A DNA stretch of 64,000 nt from Chitinophagaceae bacterium (GTDB taxonomy: Bacteria; Bacteroidota; Bacteroidia; Chitinophagales; Chitinophagaceae), in contig CANFUJ010000001.1 in the NCBI GenBank assembly GCA_947450165.1, positions 5,600-69,599 of the forward strand. The letters are read 5' to 3'. Of the stretch, positions 40,778 to 51,621 are shown piece by piece. Every line of letters starts with the position of its first letter. Position 1 is the first letter of the stretch. The position numbers and the translations under genes are program-made. The notes below the pieces were generated by a model that was given only the letters and a program-made list of their open reading frames with translations, was not told the DNA's origin and did no database searches.

Positions 40778-41986
40778 ATGAATAAGAAATTTACTTTTAT
40801 AGATTTATTTGCGGGTTGCGGTGGTTTGTCCGAAGGGTTTTATAAACAAGGGTTTCAAGGATTAACTCATGTAGAAATTGATCATTATGCATGTGAAAGT
40901 CTTCGTACAAGAATGGAATCTTATGGCTATTCTAAAGAGCAAATAAGTGTATTGGAGAAGGACATTACAGATATAGATATAATTGAAAAAATTGCTTCTG
41001 AAATAAAAAATGCAGAAGTAGATATTTTAATCGGTGGCCCCCCATGCCAAAGTTTTTCTTCTCTCGGCAGAGCAAAAGATGAAAATAAAATGCAAAATGA
41101 TCCCAGAAATTTTCTTTTTGAGAGTTATGAAAAAATATTAAACCATTTCTTACCCAAAATATTTGTATTTGAGAATGTCACTGGATTATTAACAGCAACT
41201 CTAGGGAACAAAAAAACAATTAATGTTATTTTAAGCAGATTAAGTAAAAACTATAAATTAATTAAAGAGCCACAAAAAATGGTACTTAATTCTTGTGATT
41301 ATGGTGTGCCTCAAATTAGAAAAAGGGTAATATTAATTGGAGTTCGGAAAGATATTAAAATAGATCCTGAACAAATTTATAATGGAATAATAAAAACTCA
41401 CTACAATCCAGAATCAACAGAAAAAGAGAAACTTAATAAAGAAAAATATGTTTCAGTAAGAGATGCTATTTCAGATCTTCCTTCAATTAAGCCTGGGGAG
41501 GGGAAAAAACAAATGAGGCATAAAATAAAATCGTGGAACAATTATTTATTAGAAATAAGGTCAAAAAATCAAAATATAATTTTTGATCATGTAGCAAGAA
41601 CCCATAATGATTTAGATCAAAAAAGGTATTATGAGATGAGTAAAAACAAATGGACCTTCACTCAGTTGCTTGAGAAAAAACCTTCACTAAACCATAATAA
41701 ACAGAGAGTCTTCAACAATAGTTATGTTGTTCAGTTTTGGGATAAACCTGCAAGAACAATTATTGCACACTTGTATAAGGATGGGAATCAATTTATACAT
41801 CCTGATCACACTCAACACAGAACAATAACACCAAGAGAAGCAGCTCGATTACAGTCTTTTCCAGATGATTTTGTTTTTGAAGGATCTAGGACTCAACAAT
41901 TTAAGCAAATTGGTAATGCTGTCCCTCCTTTAATGGCACAAGCAATTGCCAAATCAATAAAAAAAAACTTAAACAAATCTAAATAA
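40778..41986 (+). CDS. dcm: DNA cytosine-5 methyltransferase (M1)
   Basis: DLFAGCGG, GGPPCQSFS, FENV, QIRKRV, TPREAARLQSFPD, QIGNAVPP. Confidence 0.95.
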   Translation: MNKKFTFIDLFAGCGGLSEGFYKQGFQGLTHVEIDHYACESLRTRMESYGYSKEQISVLEKDITDIDIIEKIASEIKNAEVDILIGGPPCQSFSSLGRAKDENKMQNDPRNFLFESYEKILNHFLPKIFVFENVTGLLTATLGNKKTINVILSRLSKNYKLIKEPQKMVLNSCDYGVPQIRKRVILIGVRKDIKIDPEQIYNGIIKTHYNPESTEKEKLNKEKYVSVRDAISDLPSIKPGEGKKQMRHKIKSWNNYLLEIRSKNQNIIFDHVARTHNDLDQKRYYEMSKNKWTFTQLLEKKPSLNHNKQRVFNNSYVVQFWDKPARTIIAHLYKDGNQFIHPDHTQHRTITPREAARLQSFPDDFVFEGSRTQQFKQIGNAVPPLMAQAIAKSIKKNLNKSK

Positions 41987-43510
41987 ATGATTTTTAAGCC
42001 AGTAGAAAAAATAATTACTACAAAAGAAATTAATTTCTTGATCGAGAAACTGGCTTTATATTCTCGGCTTGCTCATTTAATTGCATCAAAAAATTCATTA
42101 CAAATTGATGTAGGAGTATATTCTGAAGTAGATGACAGTATAATTCAAGAATTAATAAAAATCGGGGTAATATTAAACCGAAATGGTATTGCTAAGTTAG
42201 AAAAGAAATTAGGCTCAGAATTTTATCATGAGGTTTTAAGTTCAGTTAATTTCTGTATAAAAAATCGAGATAAAATTGGCAATAATTTAGATAAATTAAA
42301 TAACTGTGAAAGAGTCAAGTTGCAGAAAAAAAACGCAAAAAATAAGGCGCCTAAATTAATTGATTTTTTTTGTGGTGCCGGAGGTCTAAGTTTAGGTTTT
42401 GTACAAGAGGGATTTACTATTGACCTTGCTAATGATTACGAAGATGTTTGTATTGAAACATATAAATATAATCACCCTGAAATACCAGAGAATAGGATTA
42501 TACACGGTGATATAAGAAAAATAGTAGATCACATTGATGATTTTGTAGATCAAGAAATCGATGTTGTTGTTGGTGGTCCTCCATGCCAGGGTTTTAGTTC
42601 TGCTAATAAACAAAGAATAATAGATGATCCCAGGAATGAACTTTACAAATATTATATAAAAGCAGTTGAAAAAATAGCTCCAAAGTTTGTTGTAATGGAA
42701 AATGTAAAAGGAATGCTACCATATGCAGATCAAGTCGTTGGCGATTATAAAAATATTAAAGCGAAAAAAAAAGGAAAAACTTACAAATATGAAACAGCAT
42801 TTAAAGTTCTTGTTTCTGATAACTTTGGAGTTGCTCAAAAAAGACAAAGGCTTATCTTCTTGGCAATTAGAAATGATTTAGTAAAAGAAAAGAAATTAAC
42901 CCCTGAAAAATTATTTAATGAGATTGACAAGATTGCTTCAAAATCCAAAAGATATGTATTAGCCGACGCAATCGCATTCATTAAACCATTGGAAGCGCCT
43001 CGTGTAAAAAATCTAACAGATACTGATGATGAACTAACGGGAAAAAAGGTGGATATCAATAATTATAAGGGAAATGAAAACCAATATTTAAAATTGATAA
43101 ATGAAAATAGAATTATTCCTTTCGTTTTAAACCACAAAGCAAGATATGCTAATGACATTAATTATGAAATTTACAGAAAATTAGAACAAGGGGATGATGG
43201 AACAAATGAGAAAATAAAAGAAATAATGCCATATGCTCACCGCAATCATTTGTTTAAAGATAAATATTATAAGTTAATCGCCGACAAGCCTTGCAGAACA
43301 ATTACTGCTCATTTAAAAATGGATTGTCATTCTCATATACATCCGACACAAGTTAGAAGCATTACACCAAGAGAGGCTGCAAGGATACAATCTTTTCCTG
43401 ACGATTATTTGTTTCTTGGCGCTTATTTAAAAACTTATATGCAAATTGGTAATGCCGTTCCACCGATAATGGCAAGGGCAATTGCTCAAGCTATAAAAAA
43501 TAACATTTGA
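41987..43510 (+). CDS. dcm: DNA cytosine-5 methyltransferase (M2) with N-terminal extension
   Basis: DFFCGAGG, GGPPCQGFS, MENV, QKRQR, TPREAARIQSFPD, QIGNAVPP. Confidence 0.95.
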   Translation: MIFKPVEKIITTKEINFLIEKLALYSRLAHLIASKNSLQIDVGVYSEVDDSIIQELIKIGVILNRNGIAKLEKKLGSEFYHEVLSSVNFCIKNRDKIGNNLDKLNNCERVKLQKKNAKNKAPKLIDFFCGAGGLSLGFVQEGFTIDLANDYEDVCIETYKYNHPEIPENRIIHGDIRKIVDHIDDFVDQEIDVVVGGPPCQGFSSANKQRIIDDPRNELYKYYIKAVEKIAPKFVVMENVKGMLPYADQVVGDYKNIKAKKKGKTYKYETAFKVLVSDNFGVAQKRQRLIFLAIRNDLVKEKKLTPEKLFNEIDKIASKSKRYVLADAIAFIKPLEAPRVKNLTDTDDELTGKKVDINNYKGNENQYLKLINENRIIPFVLNHKARYANDINYEIYRKLEQGDDGTNEKIKEIMPYAHRNHLFKDKYYKLIADKPCRTITAHLKMDCHSHIHPTQVRSITPREAARIQSFPDDYLFLGAYLKTYMQIGNAVPPIMARAIAQAIKNNI

Positions 43511-43540
43511 TGGAAATAATACAAGCAATAAAATAATATA

Positions 43541-44206
43541 ATGATCATTCAACAATTTATAAAGAGACTTAACAAAGTAGACACTCAACAAACTAATACA
43601 AAAGAAAGATATCTTCGAATCCCACCTAAAGCAATGCCGGATTTGATCTTTCCAAACCTGAACGGAAATGATATAGCCTTTTTTGATCGAAACTCGGGCG
43701 AAATAAAAAACCTGAAATTTAGTATTGTTCCAAATAATGAAAGGCGAATTGCCTTATCGAGTTACTTTAAAAAAGATGAAGTGTTGCCAGGAGATGAAAT
43801 ACTGCTTGAAAGAAGAGAATCTGGTTCAACTATAGATTATTATATTGATTTGAACATAAAAGAACATAGTCTTGTCTTTGAAAAAAAAGATTCTGATTTT
43901 GAGTGCATTAATTATAAAAGATTTTTGAATTTACTCAACACAAGCTCTTTTGTCGGCAATATAATTTTAAATGGCAATACACATAATTTGGAAATAACTG
44001 AAATACTTGAAAAAAGAATTTCTGTTGCAGATACTTCTAATAAACAAGGATATGAGTATAGATTTTATAGAATTCTAATTGATAATAGAAACATAAATGA
44101 AGATTATATAGATAAGACATTATTAGAAATTATTTTAACCAATAATGGGAATTATCTCAACAAGTTATCAGATTATGAATGGCAAAGACATGAATATGTT
44201 TTTTAG
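43541..44206 (+). CDS. Hypothetical protein, possible B3/EcoRII-N-like DNA-binding module
   Basis: IKRLNKVDT..T..RYLRIP..LPGDEILLERR; sits between the MTases and the McrB-like gene. Confidence 0.4.
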   Translation: MIIQQFIKRLNKVDTQQTNTKERYLRIPPKAMPDLIFPNLNGNDIAFFDRNSGEIKNLKFSIVPNNERRIALSSYFKKDEVLPGDEILLERRESGSTIDYYIDLNIKEHSLVFEKKDSDFECINYKRFLNLLNTSSFVGNIILNGNTHNLEITEILEKRISVADTSNKQGYEYRFYRILIDNRNINEDYIDKTLLEIILTNNGNYLNKLSDYEWQRHEYVF

Positions 44207-44246
44207 AAATTAACACAAATAATTTTAACACAAAACCATTTTTGTA

Positions 44247-46751
44247 ATGACACAAACAGAGAGTAAAAAGCTTAAAAGTATTTTTTTAAGGATTGGAACA
44301 GAAACATATGTTCAATTATTTGAACGATTCAAAAAAGTGTGTGAAAATAATATAAAACTTGAGCTTCAGCAATCAAAAGACTTATGCATTGAAGAAAGAA
44401 TAAAAAAGCACAATATTAATAATATAAATGACCAACAAAAGCAGGATTTGTTATCTGTAATTAATTTACTAAAAGACGAACAATATAGGTTCACAAAAAA
44501 TGATATTCCTCTGCTCGACAATTTTACAGCACGGATTGATTATTTATTAAAAGGTACTTCTCCAAGAGGCAAAGGGATGGCTGATCAAATAAATAATGTC
44601 AAGGACGGAGCAATTTTTAATAATGACGTACTGCATATCGATACTTTATTCAATGAATTTAAGATTGCTGAAAACTGGACAGAATTTGAAAAAAACACCA
44701 CAATACCTTCTTCTTTCTTTGATAGAAACTTTAAATGGAAATTAGTTTATGTTTTTTCAAATTGTAAAAATTGTCAGCAAAAAGATAAATACCCACTATA
44801 TTATGCTGCTTGGCAAGTTATTGCGGATTGGTGTTTTGATATTCCTTATGGTGACTATGACTCTTTTTGCAAACATTATAATGACATTTCTTTTTTACCT
44901 GAACCTAAACTGTTATATTTCAACATTTACTATGATTGCATAAGACTATCACTTAGAACAGACAATGAGTATATTGAATTTTTATCTTCTTTTGATCAAA
45001 ATAAAAAAATGAAAATTATGAGAGAAATAAGAGAAAATGAAGAACGGAATCCAGATGAAAATTATTTTCTTGAACAAGAAAGTAATCATAATGGTATAAA
45101 CACCATTCATTATAATTATTCACACTTCATAATTGAAATTAATTCTTTGTCAAATGTTTTTTCAATTGTAGAATCTGGTAGTGAAATTAGGTATAAGATT
45201 ATCATTCCTGGTAATCCTTTGTCAATACCAGAAATGAAATCAGGCGATAAAATACTTGTGGTAGTCAAAGATAAAATCACCTATAATTTAATAGTAGAAA
45301 ATACGGATTCAGAAGGCTCATTGGTTTTAAGAAAAGTATTTGAAATTGATCGCTCTGCTCATTATTCATTCGCAGAACAAGCAAAGATTTATAAAATTGG
45401 TAAAGAAGAATACGATAATATTTGTTCACTGTTGTTTTTCGATTTTTTTAATAAGCAAAATTCAAAAGAATCTTCAAAAAACATTGATTTAGGCAATTTA
45501 AAAGAAAAATTTGCAAATTGGCTTTTTGATAAGCGCAGGTACACGAGAGTTTATAAAAATAACATAGAAATCTTAAAAGAAAAACTCAATGAATATGAAA
45601 TTGCATATAATAATGACTTTGGCATTTTAATATTTGACTATCCTAATACTTCCATAGAATCAATTATTAATGCACTTGAAGCAAATAAAATAGATGATAC
45701 TGGTGAAATAGGTGATTTAAATAAAAGAACAGTTGGTAATGGTTCTGTTAAAGCGATATTAGGATCTAAGAATTATATAGAATTTCTAAAAGATTTATTA
45801 TTAAAATCAAAAATATCTATTTCAAAATCACCCAAAACCACTCCAGTAAATAAAATATATTTCGGAGCGCCTGGCACTGGTAAATCGTATCAAATAACCC
45901 AAGACTTAAAAGATATAGATTTAATCTTCCAGAAGCGAGTAACTTTTCATCCCGAATATGATTATGCATCATTTGTTGGAGGTTATAAGCCAATAACAGA
46001 TAATGATGGGAATATCAAGTATGAATTTGTACCACAAATATTTACAAATATATATGTTGAAGCATGTAATGATCCAGATCATCAGTACTATTTGATAATT
46101 GAAGAAATAAATAGAGGAAATTGCGCAGAGATATTTGGGGAGCTATTCCAATTGCTGGATAGGGATAAAAACTATAAAATAACGCCATCTAATGAAGTGA
46201 TTAATTACTTAAGTAATAATATCTCAAATTCGGAATATTTTAAAGATAATAAAATGTTATTGCCCGATAATTTAAGTATACTATCAACAATGAATACATC
46301 GGACCAGTCATTATTTCCAATGGACAGTGCATTTAAGCGCAGATGGGAATGGGAATACATTCCAATTAACTATAGCAAAGATGAGTCTATTAATAAGTCA
46401 GCTAATTATACTATTATCGTTGATTCTACAATAAGAGTAAATTGGATTGATTTCATAAAGAAGATCAATTTTAAAATTCAAGAAAACCAAAATTTAGGAA
46501 TGGATAAATGTATAGGAAACTACTTTATTAAGCCTAGTGAAAGCGGTGAAATAGGGTTAGGTAATTTTATTCACAAAGTAATTTTTTATCTATGGAATGA
46601 TGTTTTTAAAGATGAAACTAAAGACTCAATCTTTAAAGATAAAATAAGTTATCAAAGTTTCTTTCCAATACCAACAGAGGGATTAAAATTAGTTACCTCA
46701 ATTTTTAAAGATTTAAATCTGCTTGAACCAAACAAAACAGAAGAAGAATAA
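44247..46751 (+). CDS. McrB-like AAA+ GTPase restriction subunit with long N-terminal region
   Basis: FGAPGTGKS, VTFHPEYDY..FVGGYKP, IIEEINRGN, MNTSD, AFKRRW. Confidence 0.9.
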   Translation: MTQTESKKLKSIFLRIGTETYVQLFERFKKVCENNIKLELQQSKDLCIEERIKKHNINNINDQQKQDLLSVINLLKDEQYRFTKNDIPLLDNFTARIDYLLKGTSPRGKGMADQINNVKDGAIFNNDVLHIDTLFNEFKIAENWTEFEKNTTIPSSFFDRNFKWKLVYVFSNCKNCQQKDKYPLYYAAWQVIADWCFDIPYGDYDSFCKHYNDISFLPEPKLLYFNIYYDCIRLSLRTDNEYIEFLSSFDQNKKMKIMREIRENEERNPDENYFLEQESNHNGINTIHYNYSHFIIEINSLSNVFSIVESGSEIRYKIIIPGNPLSIPEMKSGDKILVVVKDKITYNLIVENTDSEGSLVLRKVFEIDRSAHYSFAEQAKIYKIGKEEYDNICSLLFFDFFNKQNSKESSKNIDLGNLKEKFANWLFDKRRYTRVYKNNIEILKEKLNEYEIAYNNDFGILIFDYPNTSIESIINALEANKIDDTGEIGDLNKRTVGNGSVKAILGSKNYIEFLKDLLLKSKISISKSPKTTPVNKIYFGAPGTGKSYQITQDLKDIDLIFQKRVTFHPEYDYASFVGGYKPITDNDGNIKYEFVPQIFTNIYVEACNDPDHQYYLIIEEINRGNCAEIFGELFQLLDRDKNYKITPSNEVINYLSNNISNSEYFKDNKMLLPDNLSILSTMNTSDQSLFPMDSAFKRRWEWEYIPINYSKDESINKSANYTIIVDSTIRVNWIDFIKKINFKIQENQNLGMDKCIGNYFIKPSESGEIGLGNFIHKVIFYLWNDVFKDETKDSIFKDKISYQSFFPIPTEGLKLVTSIFKDLNLLEPNKTEEE

Positions 46752-46772
46752 AAGAGTAAGGAATAATTTAGT

Positions 46773-48710
46773 ATGAGAATATTAATTGAAGGTCAGAGTT
46801 ATTTTGTTGAAGAGCTAAAGACTATTTTTAACGACCCTATGTTTTATACACAAAAGGGAGACTCTGCTATTATTAATTCTGTAGGTTATTATTATTCTAT
46901 AGAAAAAAAAGAAGTAGTTTATATGCTACCTAAGGTATTTCTTGCACCTGAAGATTTAAATAATAATGAAAACGAGATTAAATGTCTCTGGGAAAACAAA
47001 AAAACGGTTTTCAAAAATCATGATGGAAGAGCAATCAATCTTAAAGAATTATTTTATTTAGATAAATTACAAGGGTCGTTTAAACATGATGTTAAATATG
47101 AGTGGATCAGGCATATTACCATTAGTTTTTACAATAGTTTAATTGAATTTAAAAAAAGAAATTCCATTACTTCCATATTAAATACCGGAATAATCAACGA
47201 GTTAAATACAAATCTTGGTGATGATGAATATACTTATTTAGATTTGGTACTTAGTTTTACGAATTTTTATAAAAAAAACAAATCAATAATTCTTTTTAAA
47301 AACATCGAACATAAGATTAATCAAGCAAAGAAACCCAAATGGGAAAAAACCATTCGAAAATCTGTTCCTGTAATTGATAAAAAAAACCACCCTATTTATT
47401 TTCAAATTAGAAATAAAAAATCAATTATAAATATTGAAGAGGATTTGATCGTTTATTTTTTCTCAATACTAAATCATTTTAAAGAGGAAAACAATCTTAA
47501 TATTTCAATTGATAAAAGTTATTCCATTATCAAAGGAGAAGAGTTTAAAAAACTACAAGCATATGGACTATCAAAACTAAGAAAGATAAAATACAAATAT
47601 TTTTCTGATACAACGAAAAGAATGTATAAGTTATGTGAATTATATTTTGATGCTACAGATACTTCAAGTGTAAAAAAAAGAAGTGAAGAGTTTTTGAGTT
47701 TTAAAAAATATAACATTGTTTTCGAAGACATGGTTGATAAACTGCTTACAGAAGAAAATAAAATAGAAGCTTATGATAGAAAAATAAGTAAAGATGAAAT
47801 AAGCATCGAAAAACTAAAAAACAACGATGATGGAAAAATAATCGATCATTTGTTTGAACATGAAGGACTGATTGACACCTCAAATATATTTTACATTGGT
47901 GATTCGAAGTATTATAAACCAGGTAATATTGCCGATAAGCTATCAATCTTTAAACAGTATACTTATGCAAAAAATATCATTCAATACAATATCAACTTAT
48001 TTAATAATTCCCCCAAAATTTATAATCAAAACAAGTTAAATTATCGGGATGAAATAACAGAAGGGTATAATATTTTCCCAAATTTTTTGCTCTATGGTTT
48101 TATTGACAATCATGAAAATTTTCATGATATTTTACTTAATCCAATATCTAAAGATTTAGATGAATGCATAAAACACTCTTTTCATTGGAAAGACAGATTG
48201 TTTGATAGAGATTCACTTTTTATTTGTCAATACAAAATCAATTATTTGTTTGTTTTAAATGCATATACAGAAAAGAGTGATTTGTCATTGACTGAATATA
48301 GGCGAAGTATTAAAGAAATATTTAGAAATAAGTTTATTGAATATTTCGAATCAGAGAATATTTCTAAGTTTAGATTTTATAAATTAGAAATGGGAATGAC
48401 TGATTTAATAAAATTTGTTAATGACAATTTTAGAATTCTAAATGGCAAATGCATTAAATTAAATGACAACAGCCTCTTGATAGCAATTCACAATGAAGAA
48501 AAAAAAGAAGAAGTAGAAGTCGAAAAGAATGGTATAGGATCTGTAACTGACTTGTTAGGAAATACAGCCATTTTACATGAATATAAAATAAAAAAAGAAG
48601 TTTTCAGTTTTAATAGCTTTAAGGCCAAACAATTCTCAATATATGGTTCAGAAAGAGAAGTGGTATTAAATATTGCTGCAGAAGAAAATATTATTTTTAA
48701 AAAAGGATAA
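46773..48710 (+). CDS. LlaJI-family / McrC-like restriction endonuclease subunit
   Basis: INSVGYY..LPKVF, FEDMVDKL, KIIDH..YIGDSKYY (PD-(D/E)xK), KQYTYA. Confidence 0.85.
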   Translation: MRILIEGQSYFVEELKTIFNDPMFYTQKGDSAIINSVGYYYSIEKKEVVYMLPKVFLAPEDLNNNENEIKCLWENKKTVFKNHDGRAINLKELFYLDKLQGSFKHDVKYEWIRHITISFYNSLIEFKKRNSITSILNTGIINELNTNLGDDEYTYLDLVLSFTNFYKKNKSIILFKNIEHKINQAKKPKWEKTIRKSVPVIDKKNHPIYFQIRNKKSIINIEEDLIVYFFSILNHFKEENNLNISIDKSYSIIKGEEFKKLQAYGLSKLRKIKYKYFSDTTKRMYKLCELYFDATDTSSVKKRSEEFLSFKKYNIVFEDMVDKLLTEENKIEAYDRKISKDEISIEKLKNNDDGKIIDHLFEHEGLIDTSNIFYIGDSKYYKPGNIADKLSIFKQYTYAKNIIQYNINLFNNSPKIYNQNKLNYRDEITEGYNIFPNFLLYGFIDNHENFHDILLNPISKDLDECIKHSFHWKDRLFDRDSLFICQYKINYLFVLNAYTEKSDLSLTEYRRSIKEIFRNKFIEYFESENISKFRFYKLEMGMTDLIKFVNDNFRILNGKCIKLNDNSLLIAIHNEEKKEEVEVEKNGIGSVTDLLGNTAILHEYKIKKEVFSFNSFKAKQFSIYGSEREVVLNIAAEENIIFKKG

Positions 48711-48720
48711 TTTAATTAAT

Positions 48721-49362
48721 CTACCCCACCACCGGATAATAAATCTCACCCCAATCTTCCTCCCAATGCTCCATCATAATATCAATAATAATTGGGATAA
48801 AGAGCTTGAGAATATTACAGGCATCCCTTACTTGCGCACGATTCACTTTGCTTTTATAAGTGGCGCCGCCGTGCATGATTTGGTTGCGAAGGGTGTACAA
48901 TCTATCGAGAACAACTTCAATTAATTTATCCACTTCAATTTTTGATAGAAAGCGTTGTGCATCTTCATTGGATTTATCAAACAGTTTTTTCCAGTTTACA
49001 TTTTCGCCACGCTGCGCATCCCAGAAAGGTTTGTAAATAAATTCGTTTTGGATAATGAGCCGCACCGGTCCGGAGAATTTTTGCCACAACAAATTATAGA
49101 AACGCTTCTCATGATCATGACTCACTAATTTTGAAATAAAATCATTGAACTGCTTTCTTTCCGTCAAATCATTTTCAGATTTTTCATCAATGGCATAACA
49201 GGCATTATAAGAAACCCAAAGTGCAATAAATTGCAAATCAAGATTGGTGGTGTTTTCCTCCGCACACTTCAGCCAGCTAATAGCACGGTGAAGACGCACG
49301 GTCAGGGTTTCCGGCATGTCTTTATGTGACTTGAGTTTTCTTTTTAAATCTGAGGATGACAT
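48721..49362 (-). CDS. HEPN-domain protein
   Basis: RLHRAISWL, FIALWVSYNACY, LYTLRNQIMHGG (Rx4H). Confidence 0.8.
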   Translation of the reverse strand: MSSSDLKRKLKSHKDMPETLTVRLHRAISWLKCAEENTTNLDLQFIALWVSYNACYAIDEKSENDLTERKQFNDFISKLVSHDHEKRFYNLLWQKFSGPVRLIIQNEFIYKPFWDAQRGENVNWKKLFDKSNEDAQRFLSKIEVDKLIEVVLDRLYTLRNQIMHGGATYKSKVNRAQVRDACNILKLFIPIIIDIMMEHWEEDWGEIYYPVVG

Positions 49363-49410
49363 TAAATATTGTTTTTTAAGAAAATCTAAGATACTTAATA
49401 GTTTTTTCCA

Positions 49411-49650
49411 AAAAAGGTTAACTTTAAATACAACATACTTTATTTATGAAATTCGGATTCCGCGTACCAAACCTCAATAAACGCATAGCAGCAAGAACAT
49501 CTCTAAAAAGATACGTTCGTCAGAATCTAGGATTCAAAGCGCCGAGAGGTTGGGGCTGGGTAACCAATCCTAAGAAGGCTTTGTACAACAGAGTATACAA
49601 TCGGACAACTTCGGGATGTATGGTGGCAATAATGATGATTTTAGGAATCT
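49411..49650 (+). repeat. Direct repeat copy 1 (leader plus most of a small gene); copy 2 at about 51587-51826
   Basis: aactttaaa(t/a)acaacatactttatttatgaaattcgg... is shared; offset 2176 nt. Confidence 0.9.
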
Positions 49651-49691
49651 TAGGTTGTTTTATATTGGTTTTAAATTTACTTTTAGGTTAA
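49446..49691 (+). CDS. Small basic membrane-anchored protein (copy 1)
   Basis: MKFGFRVPNLNKRIAARTSLKRYVRQNLGFKAPRGWGWVTNPKKALYNRVYNRTT followed by a TM helix. Confidence 0.75.
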   Translation: MKFGFRVPNLNKRIAARTSLKRYVRQNLGFKAPRGWGWVTNPKKALYNRVYNRTTSGCMVAIMMILGILGCFILVLNLLLG

Positions 49692-50023
49692 TTAGTCGTT
49701 GGAAAATTCAAATCACCCCTTGTGCAATGTTTTTCAAATTCCCTTACCCCCTCATTAATGACGGAATGCCTTATTTTACTGACGATGTGTCGGTAAAATA
49801 ATCTGACAAAATAGCAGGAAAAATTAATTTTTATTTTTTTGAAAATTTTTCCGCATTTTTCTATAAGCCACTAAAAGCATTGTTATTGCTCAAACACAAG
49901 CCTGTGTTGTATTTTAATGCAATAGACCAATTTTGAAATTCTCTTTTTCAATCATCCAAGCCTGAAATTAAAAATTTTGGCATCGGTACACTTATTGACC
50001 TCATTCTTTAAAAATAATATACC

Positions 50024-50320
50024 ATGTTAAACTATTGTAATATACAGACTTATCCAGAATTGGTAGATGTTCTCAAACACATTGATGAACGAGTAGCAGC
50101 TGCATCATGCCCACCAGAACATGACATCTGGGATAACAAGAAGCTTTGTGCAGAATTGAGTATATCAGTAAGAACAGCAGCTTACTTGCGCTCAAAAAAG
50201 CTATTGCCTTATCATAAAATAGAAGGTTTAATCTTCTACTTGAAATCTGATGTGCTTGATATGCTTAAAAAAAACCGCATTGAGTCTATTGGCAATAAAG
50301 TAAGAATTAAAACAAAATAA
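50024..50320 (+). CDS. HTH_17/excisionase-like DNA-binding protein
   Basis: WDNKKLCAELSISVRTAAYLRSKKLLPYHKIEGLIFYLKSDV. Confidence 0.8.
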   Translation: MLNYCNIQTYPELVDVLKHIDERVAAASCPPEHDIWDNKKLCAELSISVRTAAYLRSKKLLPYHKIEGLIFYLKSDVLDMLKKNRIESIGNKVRIKTK

Positions 50321-50336
50321 AACAAAATAAAAAAAA

Positions 50337-50663
50337 ATGAAAAACAATCCTAATCACGGCAATCGCCTGCGTCCACCAGCAGAAGCTTATGAAATTAAGA
50401 AAAAAAGGTCCAGAGATCGTTATGCAGCAACTCAACTAAAAAGTAATTCTTTTTGGTTGCATAATAAAATTCTTAGGAATCTGGCAAATCTCTATGGCCT
50501 TGACACAGAAATACCTTATGTGGAATTTATTAGCCCTGGATTTGACTTTAAAAAATTCAAATCAAAAAATGTTTTACGTGGACACACTGTTTTCATGTAT
50601 GACAATTACGGCATCTATTTTTTATCAAATAAAAACCTTTGCATATGCAAAATCAACATTTAA
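50337..50663 (+). CDS. Hypothetical protein
   Basis: 108-aa ORF in the same operon as the HTH gene. Confidence 0.55.
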   Translation: MKNNPNHGNRLRPPAEAYEIKKKRSRDRYAATQLKSNSFWLHNKILRNLANLYGLDTEIPYVEFISPGFDFKKFKSKNVLRGHTVFMYDNYGIYFLSNKNLCICKINI

Positions 50664-50905
50664 TGGAAGGGCTTGAGGAATTGTTTCAATTAAGCTATCC
50701 GGAATTATCACCACCAACTTTAGTAAGTGCTGGAACATCATCTCCAATTGAAAATACGAGTGTTGTTACCACCTCTGCTTCAAGTGGAAATTTACTACTC
50801 AAATTTATTGTCGTAGGTGGCGTGATTTTTTTGGTTTACTGTTTGGCAAACAATTATAACAAAGTGAATAAACAGGAACTTAATAACAAACGTTTTAAGT
50901 ATTAA
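50639..50905 (+). CDS. Hypothetical single-TM protein
   Basis: LLLKFIVVGGVIFLVYCLA hydrophobic segment. Confidence 0.45.
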   Translation: MHMQNQHLMEGLEELFQLSYPELSPPTLVSAGTSSPIENTSVVTTSASSGNLLLKFIVVGGVIFLVYCLANNYNKVNKQELNNKRFKY

Positions 50906-50949
50906 TAATGCATTCATAATCATTTTTTTCATAAATAAAATAAAACAAA

Positions 50950-51414
50950 ATGAATCAGTTAAAATTAGCGATTTATGCTATATATTTAGATATAGAGCAT
51001 ATATCGAAAAACCATATTGCACAAGCACTTCTTTTGCATAACACAGATAATGATATGCTTGTTTGCGAAATTCATATAGGTAGATTGATTACAAGATTTA
51101 CACCTTCTCAGGATTTTTTCTTAGAGGATGTGTTATGGAAATTGAATAACTATTGTCAGTTTTCGGATGTTCAGCTTGAAAATGAAGTACATTATCCGGA
51201 TCCTCCATTTATTGAAGATGAATTGGGTCATGATTTTTGTATGTCTGCTAGAAAATTTGTTCATCATCGTCTGATCGAATCTCGCATTTTTTTTCATGTA
51301 ATCAACTGGTCGTTTACAAGAGTAGAAGAAAAAGTAAAGAATCTAAGTAACCTTGGTGTAAATATTGAAGCCATTGATTTAATATATTCAAAAAGATATT
51401 CAAAAAGACGCTAG
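50950..51414 (+). CDS. Hypothetical protein
   Basis: 154-aa ORF followed by a strong terminator. Confidence 0.55.
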   Translation: MNQLKLAIYAIYLDIEHISKNHIAQALLLHNTDNDMLVCEIHIGRLITRFTPSQDFFLEDVLWKLNNYCQFSDVQLENEVHYPDPPFIEDELGHDFCMSARKFVHHRLIESRIFFHVINWSFTRVEEKVKNLSNLGVNIEAIDLIYSKRYSKRR

Positions 51415-51436
51415 TTTAGGTGTTATTTTATTTCAG

Positions 51437-51487
51437 AAGTAAACCAGTTGTCTATACTTATGGTATAAGGCAACTGGTTTACTTTTT
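51437..51487 (+). terminator. Rho-independent terminator
   Basis: aagtaaaccagttg...caactggtttactt 14-bp perfect stem, extended by tatac/gtata, then a T tract. Confidence 0.8.
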
Positions 51488-51621
51488 AACTAATTTACTG
51501 CAGCAGCATTTATTGAAAATAATTGTGTTGAATAATCTACGAAGCCAATTTTTCGCCTTGGTTACAAATGGATAGAATAATCATTCAAAAAGTTTAACTT
51601 TAAAAACAACATACTTTATTT

